Below, piece after piece: positions 1 through 9,711 of a stretch of 64,000 bases of DNA (the stretch's first letter is position 1; every line of letters starts with the position of its first letter). The DNA comes from Candidatus Nomurabacteria bacterium. GTDB taxonomy: Bacteria; Patescibacteriota; Minisyncoccia; Phycocordibacterales; UBA9973. The notes under the pieces were generated by a model. That model had not been told where the DNA came from, ran no database searches, and worked only from the letters and a program-made list of their open reading frames with translations. The position numbers and the translations under genes are program-made. The stretch lies in NCBI GenBank assembly GCA_026395995.1, contig JAPLXQ010000010.1, positions 218,179 to 282,178 of the forward strand, in the 5' to 3' direction.

Positions 1-1
1 T

Positions 2-139
2 GGAAAAGAAGACGGAATACTTGGCCCTATTACAGATGGAGCTATAAAAAGAATGCAGAAATATCTAGGTACTTATACTGACGGAATGATTGGTCCTATC
101 ACAAGAGAATTGATTAATAATTCTTGTGGAACTAATTAA
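2..139 (+). CDS. Partial CDS (3' end), peptidoglycan-binding domain protein
   Basis: Frame 2 reads GKEDGILGPITDGAIKRMQKYLGTYTDGMIGPITRELIN, with two DGxxGPxT motifs typical of PG_binding_1; stop TAA at 137-139. Confidence 0.75.
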   Translation, partial: GKEDGILGPITDGAIKRMQKYLGTYTDGMIGPITRELINNSCGTN

Positions 140-228
140 TTCCTAAAAATTAGGTTTTGTGCTATAATGTAACGGTGCAATTATAAAGTAATGCCTAGGC
201 TTCGGCAGGGCAAATTATGAATTAATAT

Positions 229-420
229 ATGGCTACAGTTTTAAAAGCATTGTGTATGAAGTGTAGAACAGAAAATAAACCAACTATGCGTGATATGGTG
301 AACCCAGTCGTTACAAAAAATGAAAAAGGACGTTATAGTGCAAAAGGTACTTGTACTGTCTGTGGAGGTAATATGTTCAAATTTATGTCTGCAGCTGATG
401 GCGAGGCAATGATGAAATAA
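229..420 (+). CDS. Small zinc-ribbon protein (DUF5679-like)
   Basis: Two CxxC pairs (CMKC, CTVC) and a KGxCxxCG..MFKF pattern; promoter TGCTATAAT upstream and a terminator hairpin downstream. Confidence 0.7.
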   Translation: MATVLKALCMKCRTENKPTMRDMVNPVVTKNEKGRYSAKGTCTVCGGNMFKFMSAADGEAMMK

Positions 421-558
421 ATTTTAAATAAGAACAAAAAAAATCCCTATATGGGATTTTTTTTGTTGTAGTAAAGGTTTAAAATTAGGTAATGATTTTT
501 TTCTGTGTTAAGGTTATGCCATAGTCGCAGATTACTAGAATCTTAAATTTAAATTTTT

Positions 559-693
559 ATGACAGATGAAATAATAACACCAGAAGGTGAAGAAGCGGTA
601 GTGGCTCCAGAAATGGAAGCTCCAGCGACAGAAGAAATTCCAGCTGAAGCAGAAGATGCTATAGAAGAAACAACCCCAGAAGCTGTTGCATAG
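559..693 (+). CDS. 44-aa acidic Glu/Ala/Pro-rich small protein (not in ORF track)
   Basis: ATG 559 to TAG 693, MTDEIITPEGEEAVVAPEMEAPATEEIPAEAEDAIEETTPEAVA; followed by terminator GACC-TTCG-GGTC-T-tract. Confidence 0.6.
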   Translation: MTDEIITPEGEEAVVAPEMEAPATEEIPAEAEDAIEETTPEAVA

Positions 694-791
694 CAAATCA
701 AAAAAAAGACCTTCGGGTCTTTTTTTTTGATTATATTTTTTTAAAATAAAAAACCCGACAATAGCCGGATTTTCTTTTTTGTTTTATTTTC

Positions 792-1118
792 TTATCTGCT
801 AAACCACAAGGAAAGGAATTCTCCTAACCCCATGTGATTATGAATAGCTGCAGCTTTATAAAAGCTGAAAGCCATTATGAAAAATAATACTATTCCACCC
901 CATAGGCAGAATTGACCAATCCTTTGCTGCTGCAATTCCGTTTTTTTACCTACGATTAAATAAAAAACAAAAATTACTCCCAACAAAATCGGTATGCCAA
1001 TTAGTGTTGATATGAACGTTTTGTGGTCCATAAATTTAAAAAATAAAGAGTATACTATAATACTCATTATTGCTACAAATGTAATGTAGCCATTGCGAAA
1101 GGTGATTTTTTTTAACAT
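792..1118 (-). CDS. Hypothetical membrane protein (3 TM)
   Basis: Three hydrophobic segments; own TTGACT/TATACT promoter near 1256-1284 on the minus strand. Confidence 0.6.
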   Translation of the reverse strand: MLKKITFRNGYITFVAIMSIIVYSLFFKFMDHKTFISTLIGIPILLGVIFVFYLIVGKKTELQQQRIGQFCLWGGIVLFFIMAFSFYKAAAIHNHMGLGEFLSLWFSR

Positions 1119-1332
1119 TTTTTTTGTGTTTTACTTTTTTTGTCTACTCTTTAGATTTTCGACTTCCTCTTATTTACCGAACAAACTAATGTAATAATTA
1201 GCTCGGTAAATAAGGAGAATAGTAAAACAAATTTCAAGTAACATTAACTCTGTAAAGTATAGCATATTAAATTATAAAAGTCAAGTTAAATAAAACTAAG
1301 CCATATTTTATGGCTCTTGTTAGATTTTTGGG

Positions 1333-1379
1333 TTATCCACAGGTATTTACTTGCATGTGAACGTTCGTTCACTTATAAT
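1333..1379 (+). promoter_or_regulatory. sigma70 promoter with LexA-type operator in the spacer and an adjacent DnaA box
   Basis: TTGCAT(1351)-17 bp-TATAAT(1374); spacer palindrome GTGAACGTTCGTTCAC contains GAAC-N4-GTTC; TTATCCACA at 1333-1341. Confidence 0.7.
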
Positions 1380-1409
1380 GAATGTATTAGAAATAATATA
1401 TAAAAATTT

Positions 1410-1607
1410 ATGAGTAAAGAACAATATTTAAAAATCATCAATAAGGAATTGCAAAAGGTTAACAAGAAGATCGATGTAAAAATCGTAAAAGGTGAGCAAT
1501 ATTTTCGTGAAGCACGTGAGCATAAAATGCTTCTCAGAAAAGCTCGACAATTTAATGGACAAGGGTTTCTTGGTAGACTTTTTTCCTTTCAATTTTCCTT
1601 TCGTTAA
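1410..1607 (+). CDS. Small basic hypothetical protein, first gene of lexA operon
   Basis: 65-aa ORF between the operator-containing promoter and lexA. Confidence 0.6.
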   Translation: MSKEQYLKIINKELQKVNKKIDVKIVKGEQYFREAREHKMLLRKARQFNGQGFLGRLFSFQFSFR

Positions 1608-1647
1608 GAGGAATAAAAGTAAAATAAAAACGTGATACAATAAATCT

Positions 1648-2217
1648 ATGCAAAACGATTACAAAGACAAACTAAATACTTTCTATTCAAAGAACAAAAG
1701 GATGCCGACATACACAGAAATGATGAAACTGTTTTCTTTTAAGTCCAAGAATGCCGTAGCCCGAGTCGTCGATAAAATGATCGAAGCCGGACTCGTAGCC
1801 AAAGACCACCTCGGTCGTTTAGTTCCCGATAAATTTTTAAATGAAGTAGTAATGCTCGGCTCTGTGAAGGCCGGATTTCCGAGTGATGTCGAGGAGCAAA
1901 CTTTTAATGATACAGTAAACCTAGATGATTTTTTAATAGAGAAAAAAGACTCCACATATATGCTCGAAGTGGATGGTGATTCTATGATCGACGCACATAT
2001 TAAAAATGGTGATATGGTTCTCGCTGAACGCACAAACAAAGCTAAAGATGGAGACATTGTGATAGCTGAAGTAGATGGCGAATTTACAATGAAATATTTT
2101 AAACAAAAAGGTGACAAGGTCTGGCTCGAACCAGCCAACAAAAATTTCAAACCAATCTATCCTAAATATGATTTAAAAGTCACAGCTATTGTAAAAGCTG
2201 TCATTAGAAAATACTAA
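1648..2217 (+). CDS. lexA: LexA family SOS repressor
   Basis: N-terminal wHTH (PTYTEM..FKSKNAV), AG cleavage site (VKAGFP), S24 peptidase GDSM and catalytic Lys (FTMKY). Confidence 0.9.
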   Translation: MQNDYKDKLNTFYSKNKRMPTYTEMMKLFSFKSKNAVARVVDKMIEAGLVAKDHLGRLVPDKFLNEVVMLGSVKAGFPSDVEEQTFNDTVNLDDFLIEKKDSTYMLEVDGDSMIDAHIKNGDMVLAERTNKAKDGDIVIAEVDGEFTMKYFKQKGDKVWLEPANKNFKPIYPKYDLKVTAIVKAVIRKY

Positions 2218-2254
2218 ATTAGAAAATATTTGAATTTTCTGCTAGTATGACTAT

Positions 2255-2824
2255 ATGAAGATAACTTCTGCAAAATTCGTCAAAGGAGTCGTCGGTGACG
2301 ACGAAATCCTCGGCAATGGCATTCCACAGATTGCTTTTATTGGGCGTTCCAATGTCGGTAAATCAAGTGTGATAAACTCTCTTACTGGAGTAAAAGATTT
2401 AGCTCGCACGAGTTCTTTTCCAGGCCGTACCCAAGAAATAAATCTTTTTCTAATCAATACTAAATTTTACTTAGTAGACTTACCTGGGTATGGTTATGCA
2501 AAAATGTCTAATGCTGGACGAGATGCTATAGCAGAGCTTATCAGCTCATATTTTTTTCATTCGACGTATGTTCAAGAAAAAGTAGTATTGATTATCGATG
2601 CTGTCGTCGGTTTTACTGATAAAGATTTGGGCATGCTCCGAGCACTAGAAGAACATGATAAAAATATAATTATTGTTGCAAACAAAATAGATAAATTAAA
2701 AAAATCTGAATTAAATAAACAACTTAAAAAAATAGGGGATATGACAATGGGGCATATTATTATTCCTTATTCTGCTTTGAAAAAAATCGGAATCAAAGAA
2801 CTCTCCAAAGAAATGCTAAGCTAA
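2255..2824 (+). CDS. engB: Ribosome biogenesis GTPase YihA/YsxC
   Basis: GRSNVGKSS, PGRTQ, DLPGYG, NKID motifs. Confidence 0.95.
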   Translation: MKITSAKFVKGVVGDDEILGNGIPQIAFIGRSNVGKSSVINSLTGVKDLARTSSFPGRTQEINLFLINTKFYLVDLPGYGYAKMSNAGRDAIAELISSYFFHSTYVQEKVVLIIDAVVGFTDKDLGMLRALEEHDKNIIIVANKIDKLKKSELNKQLKKIGDMTMGHIIIPYSALKKIGIKELSKEMLS

Positions 2825-2921
2825 AAAGCCTTGCCCGGTCGCTTATAGCGACGGGGTTGACTTTTAAAGCCTAAACCTGTATAATGGGTTTAGAGTAATT
2901 TGTAAACAAAAACACAAAAAG

Positions 2922-3740
2922 ATGAAAAATATACTGATTTTATTACCGATTTTGGCTGTTACAGCCTTATTTTCATGTAAATCTAGCCAGCAAATAGTGG
3001 CTGAAAAAGAAAAAGTAGCCAAAGTGGACACCTTACTTATTCCTTTAAAGTTAGAGAGAATAAAGAAAGAATTTAATGTGGCAAATGAAGATCTTATAAA
3101 CAAACGCCACGTATTTAATGATGGAGAGATTCGTTTCTCTCGGCCGAATGAGAAAAAGTCTCAAGGAGTTGATGAGAATGATGATGCTTTGGTTCTGAGT
3201 ACTATAAATGAACCGGAGACAGTCATTGTCCCAAATCACACCAAGGGAGTAATTACTGGAATCAATGAAAAAACAAATACCATTTGGGTATGTTTTGATT
3301 CAATCAAAAAAATTACTTTACCTTTTGGCTTAGGGTCTGACGGAAGTTACTTTTTTAACATTAAGTCACCAGAATATGGTGATCGGACAATGTTTGTTTT
3401 TTATAATGATACAAAATATTCTGCAAGTGTATCATATAAAAAAGTATTATTACTTATTAGGGTTAAATACCCAAATAGAGTAAGTAAAAAAGAGATAACT
3501 GCGTCTGGCGTTGAAATATCTTCAGCTTCATCCTCTCCTGAACAGGATACGTACTATCCTGGTTTGAAAAAACAGGAGCCAAAAAAGGATGAACCAAAAA
3601 AGCCGGAAGCTAAATCCGACATTGATGAAATGTTAAAGGAGCTGCAAAAAAAGAAAGACGCAGAACCGGCAAAAAAAGCAGAAGAAAAAAAGCCAGAAGT
3701 TAAATCTGGCCCAAGAAGATCAAGACCGTCTCCTAAATAG
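2922..3740 (+). CDS. Hypothetical lipoprotein with charged disordered C-terminus
   Basis: Signal peptide ending in lipobox-like LFSC; K/E/P-rich tail; own promoter and terminator. Confidence 0.6.
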   Translation: MKNILILLPILAVTALFSCKSSQQIVAEKEKVAKVDTLLIPLKLERIKKEFNVANEDLINKRHVFNDGEIRFSRPNEKKSQGVDENDDALVLSTINEPETVIVPNHTKGVITGINEKTNTIWVCFDSIKKITLPFGLGSDGSYFFNIKSPEYGDRTMFVFYNDTKYSASVSYKKVLLLIRVKYPNRVSKKEITASGVEISSASSSPEQDTYYPGLKKQEPKKDEPKKPEAKSDIDEMLKELQKKKDAEPAKKAEEKKPEVKSGPRRSRPSPK

Positions 3741-3798
3741 GGGGCGGTTTTTTTATATTTACTATCTATTTTTTAATGAATAGTTTATACTCTGATTA

Positions 3799-4578
3799 AT
3801 GAATCGAAATTACATAAAATTAAAGACTTTTTTATTGGGAATTATTTTAATAAGTCCTGCTGTTTTTCCTAATTTTAGTCTAGCAAAAGATAAAATAGAA
3901 ATTCTTCCAGCCAATGTCCCGATATTGGTATATCATAGTATTTCCATAGATAATAAAAATATAAGCTTAAAGAATCAGCAATTTTTTGTTGAACAAAAAA
4001 TGTTTGAAAAACAAATTCTTTATTTAAAAGAAAAGGGTTATGATATTATTTCCTTTGGTACCCTTGTAGATCATATTTCAAAATCTTTACCATTTGATAA
4101 AAAATCTGTTGTTTTTACTTTTGATGATGGAGATGAAAATCAGTATTTAAATGCTTTTCCAATTCTTAAAAAACATGGAGTCACAGCGACATTTTTTATC
4201 TACACAAATCCTATTGGACGTAATAAACATTTTATGACATGGGAGCAAGTAATAGAGCTCGATAAAGCAGGAATGACGATCGCCGATCATACCAAATATC
4301 ATCCTTTTTTGAGAAAAATTACAGACCCGAAGGTTTTAATTAATGAAATAGTAGATAGTAAAAATATTATAGAGAAAAAGCTAGGTAAAAAAGTTCTATT
4401 TTTTGCGTATCCATTTTATCAAACTAGCCCTGATTCTATTGCTTTATTGAAGAAATCTGGCTATACAGCTGCAAGAGGTGGTTATTATAAGAATTCAAAT
4501 ACCATAGACAGGCTTTTTGAAATGCGAGCAATGGAACCAAACAATAATTTTAAGCAATTTTCATCTATATTCAAATAA
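3799..4578 (+). CDS. Polysaccharide deacetylase (CE4, IcaB/PgaB-like), exported
   Basis: PILVYH, TFDDG, HTxxHP, FAYP motifs; signal peptide. Confidence 0.9.
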   Translation: MNRNYIKLKTFLLGIILISPAVFPNFSLAKDKIEILPANVPILVYHSISIDNKNISLKNQQFFVEQKMFEKQILYLKEKGYDIISFGTLVDHISKSLPFDKKSVVFTFDDGDENQYLNAFPILKKHGVTATFFIYTNPIGRNKHFMTWEQVIELDKAGMTIADHTKYHPFLRKITDPKVLINEIVDSKNIIEKKLGKKVLFFAYPFYQTSPDSIALLKKSGYTAARGGYYKNSNTIDRLFEMRAMEPNNNFKQFSSIFK

Positions 4579-4606
4579 TAAAAAGTGATATAATCAGTGT
4601 ATGAAT

Positions 4607-4663
4607 CCCGTTAGAAATCGCTAATGGGAAAGTAAAAGATTATTAACTTAAATTTCTAACGGG
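4607..4663. mobile_element. 57-bp MITE-like element with terminal inverted repeats
   Basis: CCCGTTAGAAAT...ATTTCTAACGGG flanked by direct repeat ATGAAT (4601-4606 and 4664-4669). Confidence 0.65.
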
Positions 4664-5047
4664 ATGAATATAAATATAAAAATAAAAAACATTGAGCCAG
4701 TAGAACCTTTAAATGAATATGTAAACAAGCGTCTTGTTGTTTTGGAAAAATTTATAAAAAATCCAGATACTATTATCTATGTTGAAGTCGGTAAAACTAC
4801 GAACCATCATAAAAATGGAGATGTCTTTAAAGCAGAAATAATGATTGGTTCTGGTGACAGTAAGTTCTTCGCTATTTGCGAGACAGATGATGTCTACAAA
4901 GCTGTTGATGAGGCTAAAGAAGAATTGGTTAGAAAATTCACTTCCAATAAAGATAAAAAACAAACACTTTTCAAACGTGGCGCAAGTAGTGTAAAAAAAA
5001 TGTTAAAAGGTATTTCAGACAGAAACCCTTTTACTTCAAAGTATTAA
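4664..5047 (+). CDS. hpf: Ribosome hibernation factor HPF/RaiA
   Basis: MNINIK..L.EYV.KRL..LEKF, HHKNG..FKAEI, DVYKAVD patterns of the S30AE family. Confidence 0.85.
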   Translation: MNINIKIKNIEPVEPLNEYVNKRLVVLEKFIKNPDTIIYVEVGKTTNHHKNGDVFKAEIMIGSGDSKFFAICETDDVYKAVDEAKEELVRKFTSNKDKKQTLFKRGASSVKKMLKGISDRNPFTSKY

Positions 5048-5105
5048 TTTTAATAAACAAAGTTTTTAAATAACACTTTTTCGCGGTCACGAAAAAGTGT
5101 TATTT

Positions 5106-5933
5106 TTAATTTTTGTATTCTTGTTCTTTTCCACCTTCAGGAATCACTTTTTTGATTACAAATTTACCATCTTCGAGCTTGGCATCTGTGACGATAATTC
5201 TTTTACCTTCTTTGAAAAAGAAAGTTCTAGGCCATAGGGAATACGCTCGGAATTTATTGTATTTTTGTTCCTCGGAATCTCCTTCATTTAAAAGCCCATC
5301 TTCTTTTTTAATTTTTTTACAGTTTGTAGCTTGTGTTTCATCTTGAATTTGAAGCCCCTGATAAGGGGTTGGGGTTGTATTTAGCGTTTTTATTAAAAGT
5401 TCACCACCAATTTTGATTAATTTTTTACGTAATTCTGTAGCATGTTCATCTGGATTTATAGATACTTTTTCCATGGCGATTATTGGTCCTGTATCCATCT
5501 TATAAACCATTTTTTGAATGGCTATACCTGTCTCAGCGTCACCATTTAAAATAGCTGATTCGACAGGTGAAGCTCCACGGTATTTCGGAAGTAGAGAGTA
5601 ATGAATATTAATAGAACCATACTTAGGTATATTTATAATTTCTTCAGATAAAATTTTTCCGTAAGCGACGACTATAGCGAGTCGAAAGTTGAAAGTTGAA
5701 AGTTTTAAAGTAAATTCAGTATCTAACTTTTCAGGTTGTAAGTACGGAATGTTGTTTTCAATCGCCCATACTTTAGTTGGACTAGGAGTCATCAGCATCT
5801 TTCTTCCTTGAGGCCTATCTGGAGAAGTGATAATTAATGTAGGTGTATATCCATTTATTTTTAAAATAGATAAGGTCTCTGAAGCTACATCAGGTGTACC
5901 AAAAAAAACGAAATTGTAATTATTTGTATTCAC
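5106..5933 (-). CDS. fmt: Methionyl-tRNA formyltransferase
   Basis: FFGTP, PDRPQGR, VVAYGKIL, NIHYSLLPKYRGASP, MDTG; adjacent to def. Confidence 0.95.
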   Translation of the reverse strand: MNTNNYNFVFFGTPDVASETLSILKINGYTPTLIITSPDRPQGRKMLMTPSPTKVWAIENNIPYLQPEKLDTEFTLKLSTFNFRLAIVVAYGKILSEEIINIPKYGSINIHYSLLPKYRGASPVESAILNGDAETGIAIQKMVYKMDTGPIIAMEKVSINPDEHATELRKKLIKIGGELLIKTLNTTPTPYQGLQIQDETQATNCKKIKKEDGLLNEGDSEEQKYNKFRAYSLWPRTFFFKEGKRIIVTDAKLEDGKFVIKKVIPEGGKEQEYKN

Positions 5934-5965
5934 TTTAGAACTTTAAAAACTTTTAACTTTATAAC

Positions 5966-6523
5966 TTATTGAGGTTCTTCTTCTTTTAAATCTTTCGCAT
6001 GATCATGAAAGAGAATACCATTTAAGTGGTCTGTTTCATGTTGAAAAATTTGAGCTAAAAGGCCACTAGCCCCACGAACAAACTTAGCACCATTTTCATC
6101 GTAAGCTTCTATTGTGGCCTTTGTAGAGCGGTATGTCTTGCCATAGAGCCATCGCACAGAAAGGCATCCTTCAGGTACCCATTTTTTTGTACGAGAAAGT
6201 TTTGTAATTTTAGGATTAATAAAAACTAAGTTTTTAGGAATTGATTTTTCTTCTTTCTCTACAGTTTCAGTATTAGATTCTTTTGAATTTATCGCTTTAT
6301 CATCCATGAAATTTTTATCAAAAACTTTACCAGCAACAGTAAAAATTCTAAATGAATAACCAATCTGGGGTGCGGCAATAGCTACACCATCATCTTGTTT
6401 TGTTAAAGCTATGTCCATTTCTTTTAATATTTTTTTTATCTTCAAAGAGCCAATATCTTTTATTGGAATTTCAGCGGCAATTTCTCTTAGAACTTTTTCA
6501 TCTCTTTGGAGAATATCTTTCAT
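5966..6523 (-). CDS. def: Peptide deformylase
   Basis: GVAIAAPQIG, EGCLS, QHETDHLNG. Confidence 0.97.
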   Translation of the reverse strand: MKDILQRDEKVLREIAAEIPIKDIGSLKIKKILKEMDIALTKQDDGVAIAAPQIGYSFRIFTVAGKVFDKNFMDDKAINSKESNTETVEKEEKSIPKNLVFINPKITKLSRTKKWVPEGCLSVRWLYGKTYRSTKATIEAYDENGAKFVRGASGLLAQIFQHETDHLNGILFHDHAKDLKEEEPQ

Positions 6524-6533
6524 TTGCTTAAAT

Positions 6534-7844
6534 TTATTTTTCTTTAATATCTTTTAAATATTCTAGAAGTTTTGTTAATTTCACTGTTTCTTGTGAACGA
6601 TTACTCATATCACGTACAATAACAGAATCTTCTAAAGCCTCTTTTAGTCCAAAAATTAGAGCATAAGGAATTTGTAATTTTTCTGCAATTGCTAGCTGGG
6701 CACCTAATGTATCTTTTGATAGTGATTGAGCCATTGGAATGTGTGCTTTACGTAGCATTTCGGTAACATTTAGACTTTTTAATTTTGCATCACTGCCAAG
6801 TTGAATAAAATATACTTTTGGTTTTTTGATAATACGAGGAGCAAGTTTTTTGTACCAAGGCATTAAAAGTACACGATCTGCAGAAATAGAAATACCTACA
6901 GCTGGAACATCTTTTTTACCACCTAATTGTTTTCCAAGATAATCATATCTACCACCTCCTGCAATAGCCATACCCTTTGTTTCACTTTCTGATTCATCAA
7001 TAATTTCAAAAACTGTACGAGTATAATATGAAAGTCCACGTACAAGACACTTGTTCAAATTGTATTGAATACCCATTTCTTCTAAATATTCTAGTACTTC
7101 TTTGAAGTGTTTTTTACAAGCAGGGCAAAGGAATGAAACAGCATCAGGTGCACCTTCGTTTATGACTTTAGTTTTTTCATCTTTTGAATCTAGGATGCGA
7201 AGTGGATTAGTTTTTAATCTTTCACGGTCAATAGCAGGTAAATCACCAATATGTTTTTTGTAATAATTTACTAATTCCTTTATATATCCATTTCGGCATT
7301 CTTTATCACCAATAGAGTTTATATCGATTGAAAGATTTGTAGCACCTGCTTCTTCTAGAATACTCATTCCGGCTTTAATAATGAGTGCATCCATGATACT
7401 CTTTTCACTGCCAAGTGAGTCTAAATCGAATTGATTAAATTGACGGTAACGTCCTTTTTGTGGATTATCATGTCTAAAGACTGGGCCATATTGATAGAAC
7501 ATCACAGGTTGAGGCATATTTTGCATTCCTTGCTCAATATAAGCACGCATGAGTGATCCTGTATGTTCAGGACGAAGAGCAAGATGATCACCACCTTTTG
7601 TTTTAAGTGTGTACATTTCTTTATCAATGATATCTGTCCCTTCTCCAATACCAGAAGTAAAAGTTTCTTCATGTTCCATGATTGGAGTCTCAATTGGCTT
7701 GAATCCATAATAGATAGCAACTTCTTGGGCTTTTTCAAAAAAACCTTGGAAGCTATAATATTCTTCATTCATTATGTCGCGCATACCTTTTGGAGAAGAT
7801 AAATTTTTTCCTGCCTTCTTTGCTGCTGTACTTGTTTTAGTCAT
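6534..7844 (-). CDS. hisS: Histidine--tRNA ligase
   Basis: PKGMRD, LRPE, FRHDNPQKGRYRQF, LVRGLSYYT, GGGRYD. Confidence 0.97.
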   Translation of the reverse strand: MTKTSTAAKKAGKNLSSPKGMRDIMNEEYYSFQGFFEKAQEVAIYYGFKPIETPIMEHEETFTSGIGEGTDIIDKEMYTLKTKGGDHLALRPEHTGSLMRAYIEQGMQNMPQPVMFYQYGPVFRHDNPQKGRYRQFNQFDLDSLGSEKSIMDALIIKAGMSILEEAGATNLSIDINSIGDKECRNGYIKELVNYYKKHIGDLPAIDRERLKTNPLRILDSKDEKTKVINEGAPDAVSFLCPACKKHFKEVLEYLEEMGIQYNLNKCLVRGLSYYTRTVFEIIDESESETKGMAIAGGGRYDYLGKQLGGKKDVPAVGISISADRVLLMPWYKKLAPRIIKKPKVYFIQLGSDAKLKSLNVTEMLRKAHIPMAQSLSKDTLGAQLAIAEKLQIPYALIFGLKEALEDSVIVRDMSNRSQETVKLTKLLEYLKDIKEK

Positions 7845-7848
7845 AAAT

Positions 7849-8457
7849 TTAATTTAATTGCTTATAATAACCTGGTAAAAAAGATATTTTATTTATTGGC
7901 AAAAGTCTAATGAGTGCTCTTCCAACTAATAATTTTTTAGGAACCGGACCCCAATATCGAGAGTCTGAACTTCCTGAACGATTGTCTCCCATAACAAAGT
8001 ATTCGTCATTATTTAAAACTTTTATAGAGCTGTCTTCAGAATGATTTTTAACATAACTTTGATCAAGATTAAATCCTTCTGGATGTTCTTTGTTTATTAT
8101 TATTGTTTGTTCAGCTTTTACTTTTACAGTTTCACCAGGTAAACCAATAATTCTTTTTATAAAAAATTTAGATGGATCATTTGGATATCTAAAGACTACG
8201 ACATCACCACGTTTTGGGTTTTGTAAATAATAAGTGATTTCATCAACAATTAAATATTGACCATTTTGAAAAGTTGGCACCATTGAAGTACCCGATACAA
8301 TAAAAGGCTGAGCGACAAAGATTCGAATAGGTATGACTATAACAATCGCTATAAAAGCAAAACGCACAAGTTCCCAGAAAGACTCTTTAAATGATTGCTT
8401 CTTTTCTTGGTTTTCAGGTAACATGTTTGCCACTGCTTCTTCATTTTCTTTTTGCAT
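7849..8457 (-). CDS. lepB: Signal peptidase I
   Basis: SGTSMVPT, FIKRIIGLPGE, GDNRSGSSDSRYWG. Confidence 0.95.
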   Translation of the reverse strand: MQKENEEAVANMLPENQEKKQSFKESFWELVRFAFIAIVIVIPIRIFVAQPFIVSGTSMVPTFQNGQYLIVDEITYYLQNPKRGDVVVFRYPNDPSKFFIKRIIGLPGETVKVKAEQTIIINKEHPEGFNLDQSYVKNHSEDSSIKVLNNDEYFVMGDNRSGSSDSRYWGPVPKKLLVGRALIRLLPINKISFLPGYYKQLN

Positions 8458-8629
8458 TTGAGTATTTTACCATATAATGTCCTTGACACAATGGTTATTA
8501 TTGTTTTGTAATAAAAATTCACCTAACTCGCCCCACCCCGTCTGCTATGCATCCACCCCTCCTCATTTTTTACAAAAAAATGAGGAGGGGAATGGGGGTA
8601 AATTTTTTGAAATATGTTATCATAAATAT

Positions 8630-9154
8630 ATGAAATTAATTGTAGGCTTAGGAAATCCTGGTGAACAATATGAAAATACTCGTCACAATACGGGCCGTAT
8701 TATCATTGGAATGATAGAAGATAAAATAAATACAAAAGTAAAATTTTTAATGCCAGATAGTTTTATGAATAATTCTGGAAAAGTTGTAGCGCCACTTATT
8801 AAATCAAAAAAAGATTTGAGTGATTTGATAGTTATATATGATGATGTTGATTTGCCTCTTGGAAAAATTAAAATTTCTTTTAACAGATCTTCTGGTGGGC
8901 ACAATGGTGTCGGCTCAATAATTAAACATTTAAAGACTGAAGAATTTTTACGTATTCGTGTAGGAATTTGCCCTACGACTCCGACAGGGAAATTAAAGAA
9001 ACCAAAAGGGGAAGAAGCAGTATTAAAATTTCTACTTGGTGATTTTAAAAAAGAAGAATTAGTTATACTTAAAAAAGAAAGTAAAAAAATAGCTGAAGCA
9101 ATAGATATAATCTTTGCTGAAGGGAAAGATAAAGCTATGAGTTTATATAATTAA
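8630..9154 (+). CDS. pth: Peptidyl-tRNA hydrolase (start moved to ATG 8630)
   Basis: MKLIVGLGNPG..YENTRHN, FMNNSG, GGHNG. Confidence 0.95.
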   Translation: MKLIVGLGNPGEQYENTRHNTGRIIIGMIEDKINTKVKFLMPDSFMNNSGKVVAPLIKSKKDLSDLIVIYDDVDLPLGKIKISFNRSSGGHNGVGSIIKHLKTEEFLRIRVGICPTTPTGKLKKPKGEEAVLKFLLGDFKKEELVILKKESKKIAEAIDIIFAEGKDKAMSLYN

Positions 9155-9171
9155 AAATACATAGGTCTCAC

Positions 9172-9618
9172 CTATGTATTTTTTTTAAATTTAATATTTA
9201 GTACACATCCATCTAATTTTTCTTCTACGTCATAGACATCGGCTGTTGTTTTTTTAGAAAAACGTCTTTTTGTTACAATTGTGCAATATGGTTGAAAAAT
9301 TATTTGAAATTTATAATCTTTTCCAGTAAAAATTATTTCTACCGGATCTTTACCCTGATCCCTTCCTTTAAATTCTATTTTGTAATGATTTTTTTGGCAA
9401 AAATAGACATCAGACGAAAGAATTAGTCCACTTAGAATTGCATTATATTTAGATTTTTTATTTTGAAAATCTAAGATAATAATTTTGTTTTTCTTTATGA
9501 TTTCATCTATTTGTATAGAATATTTTTCATAGCCTGTTTTAAATTCATCCTCTATATATATGAAATTTAATTCCTTTATTAAAGAAATGAAATTTTTTAT
9601 TAAATTACTTTTTTCCAT
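9172..9618 (-). CDS. Hypothetical protein
   Basis: 148-aa ORF, no recognised motif. Confidence 0.5.
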   Translation of the reverse strand: MEKSNLIKNFISLIKELNFIYIEDEFKTGYEKYSIQIDEIIKKNKIIILDFQNKKSKYNAILSGLILSSDVYFCQKNHYKIEFKGRDQGKDPVEIIFTGKDYKFQIIFQPYCTIVTKRRFSKKTTADVYDVEEKLDGCVLNIKFKKNT

Positions 9619-9711
9619 TTTTAAAGAAATTAAGTCTTTTCTTCATTCTAGTCTTTTGTTGTGTTATGTCAATCAAAAAAATCCCCTTACGGGGATTTTT
9701 TTGATTGAAGA

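Noticed and set aside
8477-8629. N-terminal extension of Pth
   Set aside because: It runs through an intergenic palindromic repeat and promoter; the family start MKLIVGLGNPG is at 8630.
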